Counted from the first letter of the stretch, positions 1 to 6,345 are shown. The stretch: 6,345 nucleotides of DNA from Amoebophrya sp. A120 (GCA_905178155.1 CAJINV010000045.1:36609-42953); one strand, 5' to 3'. The notes: generated by a model from the letters alone, not told the origin. A program made the numbers and translations.

Positions 1-1
1 A

Positions 2-352
2 TATCCGTAACTCACCTGCGTAGGGGTTGTGCTCCAATAGGTATTGCCGATCGGACCACAAATCTTACGCAGGTGACTTCCAGCAATTTGTTCGCAAGGA
101 TTTTCGCCACATCAAATACTAACTCCTGGGATGTCTGCGCACAGCCGAGAAGTTCTCGGATGTGAGCTGACACACGAGGAATTCTTGGATGTGAGTTCAC
201 GTCCGGGAGTTCCTCGGATGTGAAGTCCCATCCGACAAGTTCTCGGATGTGGGGTCCTGAGACCTAATTTCTGTAGGCTGCCTGCGTAAGATTTGTGCCC
301 TGACCAGCAAAACCGATCTGAGCACCAATTTTATTCAGGTGACTCACAGAAA
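2..352. mobile_element. Putative degenerate TIR element G (~350 bp) with long imperfect TIRs and an internal 29-bp array
   Basis: 1-73 aligns ungapped to the reverse complement of 281-353 (~53/73); the inner 17 bp CACAAATCTTACGCAGG at 57-73/281-297 is perfect. Left end begins TAT at 2; right end reads AAA instead of ATA. TSD cannot be checked at the window edge. Confidence 0.55.
120..264. repeat. Five degenerate 29-bp tandem units with core TTCTCGGATGTG
   Basis: GGATGT starts at 129, 158, 187, 216 and 245 (exact 29-bp period). Units end in a degenerate inverted core (CATCCGA at 229-235, CGTCCGG at 200-206). Confidence 0.85.
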
Positions 353-490
353 TTCGTTCCCAGGCTTTGCGTGTTACGTCGACAGTCACCTCGCTTGGAC
401 ACGCGGATCGAACTGTCACGCGCAAGGCACCAAAGGTCGCAAGTACAGCCGAAGTGGCGCGGCAGTTTTATTTCTGGCCCCCTCAAAGTG

Positions 491-529
491 TTGCGTGCCT
501 ATCACACGAATTCTGTGATGGGCACACAA
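491..529. repeat. Near-perfect 39-nt palindrome/hairpin
   Basis: TTGCGTGCCTATCACA (491-506) vs TGTGATGGGCACACAA (514-529), 14/16 complementary, centred on GAATTC. Confidence 0.6.
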
Positions 530-628
530 TGTCAGAAAACCAGACACAAAATCGCTACGCCGGTTCGGCTAAACTTGCGAATCGCCGCGCTCTGCGTGTG
601 AAAGTTTGAAACGCGACTCCAAATGAGC

Positions 629-1043
629 CATAGACGTCAGGATGTGCCTTGCGAGTCGTGTGTGAACATAAAAAAGGGTGACCAACATCAAGCCGCGAAC
701 GCTTCTCTTACGAGAGCATGCGAGCGTCATCTTCGCCTCCCTCCTACCAGTTCGCGCACCGCCATCGGCGTAGGCATTGGCTGTGTGTCTGCTGCGCTCC
801 CCCGCTGTCCTCCATTTATTTTCATTTTTGTAGGCATAAATTCTAATTCTGGCCACCGCCGCCACGGGAGAACAAAAGTGGGGTCCTTCCTTCCACAGAG
901 GTGGTTGGCCCATAAAAATTCCGGCCCTGCTCACGAGGTTCGCGCTGGAGGTGCTGCGCGAGGACCTAGTAGTCCTATTTGTGATCATGCCTAGAATGTG
1001 ATCGATCTGGAGTGCGTTATGCTTAGAATATGAGAATGAATTA
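629..1043 (+). repeat. Dispersed repeat D, copy 1
   Basis: Colinear with 4586-~4945 (both start CATAGACGTCAGGATGTGCCTTGC). Its 3' part is near-identical to 1831-1915 (GATCTGGAGTGCGTTATGCTTAGAATATGAGAATGAATTA). Truncated where element B1 begins. Confidence 0.9.
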
Positions 1044-1254
1044 TAGAAGAAAAAAGTGTTACAACAGTTACACATTGTCATGCAAGACTGGCAACAGAGA
1101 CAACCTTTCTCATGCAGGAAATGCTTCGGAGCCTCCTTTCCTTCCTGTTTTCCCTTATGATCTTCGCATTACAAGTTTTCTCTCTCATGCAGAGAAAATT
1201 TGTGTTGCGGAATTGACAACAAATGTGTAACTGTAACACTTTTTTCGTGGGATA
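1042..1254. mobile_element. MITE-like element B1 (~213 bp), left terminus eroded
   Basis: Inverted arms GAAAAAAGTGTTAC(AAC)AGTTACACATT at 1049-1076 and 1222-1246. Right end TTTTTTCGTGGGATA is identical to the B2 right end. No matching TSD (TGAAT/ACAGC). Confidence 0.65.
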
Positions 1255-1302
1255 ACAGCTTGCGTCGCTTTGATATTTCCACTTCACTTTGTTTTGCTCC
1301 CG

Positions 1303-1512
1303 TATCGCAAGAAAAAACTGTTTCACTGTGAACTTGTGATGCAGAGAATGGAGCACGGAACGATTTGTCTTGCTACGCCTGCAAGACATTGGATTTTTTA
1401 GCGTGTTTTCCCTTGGGAAGCGCACAATGCAAATTTTCTGTGTCATGTGTATACAAACCTGAGATGCAGATCTTGCAAGATCATCACAGTAAAACAGTTT
1501 TTTCGTGGGATA
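1303..1512. mobile_element. MITE-like element B2 (210 bp), TAT...ATA ends, 5-bp TSD TCCCG
   Basis: 29-bp TIRs at 1303-1331 and 1484-1512 (26/29). TCCCG at 1298-1302 and 1513-1517. Confidence 0.9.
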
Positions 1513-1532
1513 TCCCGCACAATACCCCCAGG

Positions 1533-1945
1533 GCTCACGAGGTTCTTCGCGCTGGTGGTGATGTCTGGCGACCTATCAAATGTAAAAAAGTTTGGGTCTG
1601 GAAACTTGTAATGCTAAAAGTGAATGGTAGACGCACTGCAATACGCACCTACGCATGACAAATTTTTTGGCTGCCATGTCTTACGTATTCCGCATGGCAA
1701 AGGCAAACTGGGTTTTTGCATGACAGGCAAGAGGGCCTTTTCGCGCCTATGCAACACAGATTTTCGAGCCATGCCAGACAAGCATGACAAACTTGCATTC
1801 TTCCAGACCCAGACATTTTTGCAATCCATACGACCTAGTCCTATTTGTGCAGTTGATGCCTAGAATTATGTGACCGATCTGGAGTGCGTTATGCTTAGAA
1901 TATGAGAATGAATTAGGTACCTTGTGGGCGACAGGAACGTCGCAC
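1533..1945 (+). repeat. Dispersed repeat D, partial copy 3, split by element A1
   Basis: 1533-1573 joined to 1836-1945 rebuilds GCTCACGAGGTT...GCGACCTAGTCCT...TAGGTACCTTGTGGGC, seen uninterrupted at 4835-4955 and, up to GAATTA, at 929-1043. Confidence 0.85.
1574..1830. mobile_element. MITE-like element A1 (257 bp), 5-bp TSD CGACC
   Basis: 30-bp TIRs at 1574-1603 and 1801-1830 (24/30; core AAAATGTCTGGGTCTGGAA). CGACC at 1569-1573 and 1831-1835. Empty site GCGACCTAGTCCT at 4861-4873. Confidence 0.92.
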
Positions 1946-2519
1946 CTCCTCTCCATCTCGTGTACAAAGATTCACTCCAACCGTCGTATGGATTGCAAAT
2001 ATGTCTGGGTCTTGAAGGTTGCAAGACTTGTGATGCAGGTTTCCCATGACCTATGAGGTCTGGAATGCATGACCTAGCATCACAGAGCTTTAGAGGCCCT
2101 CCTGATCATGCCTATTCCGCATGACAAATGCCCTCCCGCGAAGCACAAACTGGAGCCCTATAATTGCTTGTCATGCAATACAGATTTTTTTAGAATCCGA
2201 AGACAGCATCACAAGTTCGCATCCTTCCAGACCCAGACATTTTTACATTTGATACGTCGAACCAGGGAACGAAAATTAAAACGCAAGCACCGCCTGCGAG
2301 AACGAGAAATATGAGGAGAAGGATGAGCACGCACTTTTTCGTGCAGCAGTCTTGGCAACAGCCCCCGTGGGCGGGGGTTTTTTCAACATTTTCCGTCTCC
2401 TGTTCAACGTGCTGTCCCACTGCGTTATCTTCCGCGCTCAGCAGTAGAGCCGCACTCTCGTCCCGGGCGGCTGCAGCTGGGTAGTACGTGGAGATCGAGT
2501 TGTTTTTTTGCACTCTCAT
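1866..2519 (-). pseudogene. Possible small single-pass membrane protein ORF interrupted by element A2
   Basis: ATG at 2519 gives a hydrophilic/acidic N-terminus, a Cys cluster GCCQDCCTKKC and a ~24-aa hydrophobic run VLILLLIFLVLAGGACVLIFVPWF. Removing A2 plus one TSD restores an open 126-codon frame to TAA at 1868-1866. No homolog recognised. Confidence 0.45.
1987..2254. mobile_element. MITE-like element A2 (268 bp), 5-bp TSD CGTCG
   Basis: 30-bp TIRs at 1987-2016 and 2225-2254 (24/30). CGTCG at 1982-1986 and 2255-2259. Interior is similar to A3 and A4. Confidence 0.92.
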
Positions 2520-2541
2520 ATCGATATTTTCCCGCCGGACA

Positions 2542-2907
2542 TATGAACTACACAAGTATCGTACTCGTATAAGTGCATTTCTCAGCATGAGAGATAAAAT
2601 TTGCAATGCTGACTGACTGACTGAGCTTCTGCGTTATCCTGACATCCTGACATGGCACGCCCGGCATGCGAGTTACGCACTTCTGATGGTGCAGCACAAG
2701 TGCTACCGCCAGCACTACACTTCTGATGGTGCACGTCTGTTCTTTTCTTCTTTCAAAAAAACTCTTTCAGATGTGCAGCGTTTTGTTATCTATGTGCCCG
2801 AGGATTGCTCCTCTACCCTGACTGATTTGCAATGCTGATTTACCTTAACAAAAAGATTTGTTGTAATGCATGACTGCAATACGAATCCGATACTTTTGCA
2901 CAGGATA
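2542..2907. mobile_element. MITE-like element C1 (366 bp), 5-bp TSD GGACA
   Basis: Ends TATGAACTACACAAGTATCGTACTCGTAT and ATACGAATCCGATACTTTTGCACAGGATA (21/29). GGACA at 2537-2541 and 2908-2912. Confidence 0.85.
2599..2838 (+). repeat. Extra internal segment of C1 bounded by a 14-bp direct repeat ATTTGCAATGCTGA
   Basis: Repeat copies at 2599-2612 and 2825-2838; the segment is absent from C2. Contains (CTGA)4 at 2609-2624 and CACTTCTGATGGTGCA twice (2678-2693, 2718-2733). Confidence 0.75.
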
Positions 2908-2960
2908 GGACAGTTCGATCGTCGTGAAGGAGCTGGCGCGGAGTTCTAACTATAGAAAGC

Positions 2961-3111
2961 AATCCTGTGCAAAAGTATCGTACTCGTATTGCAGTCATGC
3001 ATTACAAATCTTTTTGTTAAGTCACATACGCATATACTTACAAATTTTAATTGCTCAATCTCATGCTGAGGGAATAAGTCATGCATTTATACGATACTTT
3101 TGCAGTTCATA
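2961..3111. mobile_element. MITE-like element C2 (~151 bp), shorter inverted relative of C1
   Basis: 2962-3021 is the reverse complement of 2844-2906 (two substitutions, one 3-bp indel). 3041-3111 mirrors 2542-2603. Left terminus reads AAT, right reads ATA. No adjacent TSD (AAAGC/TGCAG). Confidence 0.7.
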
Positions 3112-3138
3112 TGCAGGCCGCGGAGAAAGCGAGTCGCG

Positions 3139-3445
3139 TATCGTAAGGAAAAATCCACCCCCGTCCCCACATCGAGAGGAAAATTTGCGATGCTTTGTCT
3201 TGCGTACAAGGCAAGCGGAACCCTTGTGGCGCATTGTTCAGCGAGTCTGTCATGCGTTTTCGCCTAATATGTCAGCCTTGTTTCACATGCTCAGCTGCTA
3301 GCCGGGCGCGCAGCACCCAAATGGGCTATAGAATTATATGCAGACAAGCTCTTGCTGCAATTACAAAGCTCATTTGCGTAGTACACGAATCCACCAACAC
3401 AAATCGTCTTTTGAATATGGGGTGGGGGCTTTTTTCACTTTGATA
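3139..3445. mobile_element. Putative old TIR element H (307 bp)
   Basis: Degenerate inverted ends TATCGTAAGGAAAAATCCACCCCCGTCCCCACAT and ATATGGGGTGGGGGCTTTTTCACTTTGATA with TAT...ATA termini. Flanks TCGCG/TCTTG match only 3/5. Confidence 0.5.
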
Positions 3446-3479
3446 TCTTGAAGTTCGGTTTTCGTTTTGGTATTCGTAA

Positions 3480-3741
3480 TATCAAATGTAAAAATGTCTG
3501 GGTCTGGAAAAATACAAGATTTGTGATGCAGGTTTTCCATGACTCATGAGGTCTGGAATGCGAGACCCAGCATGACAGATTCTTTGAGGGCTCTATCATG
3601 CCTTTCCTGCATGAGAAACTCCCTCTCAACTTGGTCAAAAGCGGACAGCTTTTGGCACTCATGCAAAACAAATTTTTGCATGCTTCAGATTTAGCATGAC
3701 AAGTTGCAATCTTCCAGACCCAGACACTTTTACACTTGATA
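3480..3741. mobile_element. MITE-like unit A3 (262 bp)
   Basis: TIRs 3480-3509 and 3712-3741 (28/30). Left interior matches A2 (TTGTGATGCAGGTTT...ATGAGGTCTGGAATGC). Confidence 0.9.
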
Positions 3742-3800
3742 GTGCTGGTGGAGGCACGTCGAATTCCTCCCACCCCACCGGGTGGCAGGTCGCGCCCACC

Positions 3801-4062
3801 TATCAATTGCAAAAATGTCTGGGTCTGGAAGATTGCCAGGTTTGTCATGCATATTTTGAATGGCCGATGATGTCTGTGATGCATGCCCTAGCATCACAGA
3901 TTTTCAGAGGACTTTGTGGTGCCTCTACCGCATGAGAAATGCCCTCTTCACGTAGCACAAACTAGAGTCCTTTTGCTGGTCATGCAATACAAATTTTTTA
4001 GAATCCAGAGACAGCATTACAAGTTTAGAATCTTCCAGACCCAGACATTTTTACATTTGATA
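3801..4062. mobile_element. MITE-like unit A4 (262 bp)
   Basis: TIRs 3801-3830 and 4033-4062 (28/30). Right interior matches A2 (AGCACAAACT...GTCATGCAATACA...TTTTTAGAATCC). Confidence 0.9.
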
Positions 4063-4067
4063 CGTAA

Positions 4068-4096
4068 TGCGTGTTTCTCTTCACCGCTTCGGCTTC
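4068..4096 (+). repeat. Short dispersed repeat E (TGCGTGTTTCTCTTCACCGCTTC...)
   Basis: Other copies at 4968-4989 (with a 4-bp insertion), 4996-5030 and 6015-6049; the last two are 35/35 identical. Confidence 0.85.
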
Positions 4097-4585
4097 CGCC
4101 CTGTTGGTACCTGATCCATGATGTGACTTGGGTAGCATCTTGGTGATCATCGTGAGGCGAACACAAACTACTTCCCAAATCCCCGCAGTTCTGCGGCCGC
4201 ATGGGGCCGCTGCTCTAGTCCGTATGTTCTCAACAAAAGGCCACGACACCCTTCACAGTGGAGGAACAACTCCGGCTCTGTATAAAGTGTATCTGCGCTG
4301 CTTCGCAGCGTCTTTTGTGCTACTAGATACAGTAGCGAGGCGTGCAGCAGGGACCGCGCCGCGACGTCCGCGCCACAGAGGTGGCTGCGGGCGTCGCACT
4401 TGTCCGCCCACAGACGTGGGACGAACCGTGCTCCAGCACTGCGCCGAGAGGTCGCAGCGCCGGGAGCAACAGAGGCTGCAACAAGTCCCGAACCCTCCCC
4501 AACAGAGGTCGCTAGCGGGCAGTGGCGGGCCACTGCGTCGCCGGAGAGAGGGGCCACGAGCTCGCTAAATTATATATATTCGCGT

Positions 4586-4967
4586 CATAGACGTCAGGAT
4601 GTGCCTTGCTAGTGTGTGAACATAAAATAAGATGAGTAAACAAGCCGCGCGTGCTTCTCTAGCATGCGCGCGCCATCTTCGCCTCCCTCTCCAGATTGAT
4701 TGCGCACCGACATCGGCGTGGGCATTGGCTGCGCGTCTCCTGTGCTCCCCCGGTGTCGTCCATTTTTGTAGGCAAGGGCTGGCCACGGGAGAACAAAAAT
4801 GGGGCCACAGAGGTGGTTAGTAACCCATTCCGGCGCTCACGAGGTTCGCGCTGGTGCTGCGCGACCTAGTCCTAGCTATCATCTGTGATGCCTAGCATGA
4901 GATGTCTGGAAAAATGCAATGCCTAGATTGGGAATCAAGTAGGTACCTTGTGGGCGGCCGGAGCGCA
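4586..4967 (+). repeat. Dispersed repeat D, copy 2 (uninterrupted; supplies the empty sites for A1 and F)
   Basis: Colinear with 629-1043 and 1533-1945. Contains single CGACC (4862-4866) and single CTTGT (4947-4951). Confidence 0.9.
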
Positions 4968-5064
4968 CGTGTTTCTCTTCGTTCACCGCAGGAATTGCGT
5001 GTTTCTCTTCACCGCTTCCGCTTCGTGTTTGTTGTCTAGATTGGGAATGAATTAGGTACCTTGT

Positions 5065-5973
5065 TATGAGATGGACTGAGCGATTCAAACCCAAGCGATT
5101 CAAAAATTTTTTTTCAACTAAAACGCATCCCATCAACTCCTCCAAAACGTCCCCGGATTCGGCGTCGCGCGGAGCAGTTTCAGGTAAGTGGCGGAGATGT
5201 CGGCGCCGGGTTATGGAAGTAAAATATGTAGGCCGAAGACTACGAAAGAGGCCAACGTGGCCGGTCTCAACTTGAGGCAACTACTTGCCATTTTATACTT
5301 ACAGGCTGCAAAGTAGGGGATGAAGTCAGCGCGTGCGCATGAAGCCTTGAAATGATCGGAAAAACAAGACGCAACAGTGCCGCCAAGTTGTGTCCCGGGA
5401 AAAACGCGCGTCAGCCATGTGAAGGGCAACCCAAGGCCCATTCCAAAACCCAAGCGGGCCGACCGCCGGGCATGGCCGGCGGCTTCTGGTGCGCCGTGGT
5501 GGGAATGCCTTTGGGCCTGCTCGCGTAAAGGTTGTAAACCTGCGGCAGCCTCGACCAGGTCCACGGAGACCGCGCGGGCTACTATGCCAACAAAAAAATG
5601 CAACAAAAAATGCCAACAAAAAAAGCGCCTTGGGGCCAAATAGTGGCAGGCTTGGGCTTCGAGGGTATCCGCTGTGTAACCTACTCTGTTGCCCCTTGCT
5701 TCTGCGAATTCTTCACGTTTATGAATGCAGACACTCGCCTTGTTCCCCTTCCCGGTTTTGCTGCGTTCACGTACGCCTAAGTCACGAAGTCAAGTTGAGA
5801 TCGACCTAGCTTGTTCGCTTGATACTCTTCTGGGCGACGTTTCGGCGAACGCAAAAAAACACCCAGAACACAGCCCATCCATGCTGCTGTTCTTTTCAAG
5901 AGTCAGGAAAAGCTTGGAACATGAAAGAAAATTTTTGAATCCGTTGATTTTGAATCGCTCAGTCCATCTCATA
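5065..5973. mobile_element. Non-autonomous TIR element F (909 bp), 52-bp TIRs, 5-bp TSD CTTGT
   Basis: 5065-5116 vs 5922-5973 match 47/52, with the outer 25 bp perfect (TATGAGATGGACTGAGCGATTCAAA). CTTGT at 5060-5064 and 5974-5978. Empty site GGTACCTTGTGGGC at 1916-1929 and 4942-4955. Confidence 0.95.
5584..5624 (+). repeat. Three tandem ~13-14-bp units ATGC(C)AACAAAAAA inside F
   Basis: Read directly from the sequence. Confidence 0.8.
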
Positions 5974-6345
5974 CTTGTTGTGGGCAGCAGGAACGCACGA
6001 TTCCGCTTCTCTTATGCGTGTTTCTCTTCACCGCTTCCGCTTCGTGTTTCTTTGAGTACTTAGTTTTGTTGTCTCGTCGTGGTCAATAATTTTATATTCA
6101 ATTTCGTTTTCTTTTGGTGTGAATAGTACTTCAATAAAATATAAATTCAATATCTGTGAGATGAGCAGCCGTCGTTAGTGATTTATGTAAACTTGTAGGG
6201 GCAAAGTAGAAGCGTTTATAATTCCGCGAAGAACAAAAGCTTCACATTGTCCTGTTGTGGATGTGGGATGTTGCGTACGAATTGTGTACGATAATCAACA
6301 TATTGTGCACGGCGAGAACAACCGACATGCTGTTGCAAAAACGAG

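Larger units (their letters stand above)
3480..4062. mobile_element. Composite element: A3 + 59-bp spacer + A4, bounded by one 5-bp TSD CGTAA
   Basis: Outer TIRs 3480-3509 and 4033-4062 are 30/30 perfect. CGTAA at 3475-3479 and 4063-4067. Inner flanks GTGCT and CCACC match neither each other nor CGTAA. Confidence 0.85.
4923..6049 (+). repeat. Tandem duplication of a ~113-bp unit (D tail + E); second copy split by element F
   Basis: CTAGATTGGGAAT..A.TAGGTACCTTGT starts at 4923 and 5036. The second copy resumes TGTGGGC...CGCACG...E at 5979-6049. Confidence 0.8.

Noticed and set aside
120-264. CRISPR array
   Set aside because: The period is only 29 bp in total, repeats are degenerate, there are no unique spacers of normal length and no cas genes are visible.
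569-1081. 170-aa minus-strand ORF and overlapping 123-aa plus-strand ORF in repeat D
   Set aside because: Reading frames are not preserved in the paralog at 4586-4945 because of multiple non-triplet indels, and no domain is recognisable.
2310-2520. Possible additional TATGAG...CTCATA element
   Set aside because: Only a 6-bp inverted match, and the flanks (AGAAA/TCGAT) are not duplicated.
1365-4249. Recurring peptides such as IKCKNVWVWK and FQTQTFLHLI in many ORFs
   Set aside because: They are translations of the family A TIR on either strand, not a protein family.
4128-4612. Overlapping 146-, 129- and 70-aa ORFs
   Set aside because: GC-rich, stop-poor sequence open on both strands, with no recognisable motif.
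5197-5643. Calling F a Merlin/IS1595-type transposase relic from LRQLLAILYL and WACSRKGC
   Set aside because: The resemblance is impressionistic, motif order does not fit, and those families make 8-9-bp TSDs.
5066-5972. Twin ORFs starting MRWTERFK (5066-5275 +, 5790-5972 -)
   Set aside because: Artefact of the inverted termini of element F.
1574-5973. Classifying the elements as Tc1/mariner (Stowaway-like) MITEs with TA target duplications
   Set aside because: Exact 5-bp duplications lie outside the TA in six cases, and the F empty site has no TA at the insertion point.
6060-6345. AT-rich tract with AATAAA and three TTG(C/T)G(C/T)ACG motifs near the window end
   Set aside because: Too short and unspecific to call a polyadenylation signal or the start of another element without downstream sequence.

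Overview
This window is essentially non-coding, and I found no intact recognisable gene. It is a dense nest of non-autonomous terminal-inverted-repeat (TIR) elements (MITE-like, 150-910 bp) covering about 57% of the window, inserted into an older, repeatedly duplicated background sequence (repeats D and E). At least four families with unrelated TIR sequences (A, B, C, F; probably also G and H) share one signature: ends read 5'-TAT...ATA-3' and insertions are flanked by exact 5-bp target-site duplications (TCCCG, CGACC, CGTCG, GGACA, CGTAA, CTTGT). For two insertions the empty site is present elsewhere in the window, showing that the terminal TA belongs to the element and is not a Tc1/mariner TA duplication. 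I do not recognise TAT termini plus a 5-bp TSD as the hallmark of a named superfamily. Other observations: a two-MITE composite bounded by one TSD, an exact 29-bp periodic array, a possible membrane-protein ORF interrupted by a MITE, and recurrent 3-bp micro-duplications. Low coding density suggests a eukaryotic source, but the host cannot be determined. All alignments and counts were done by eye.
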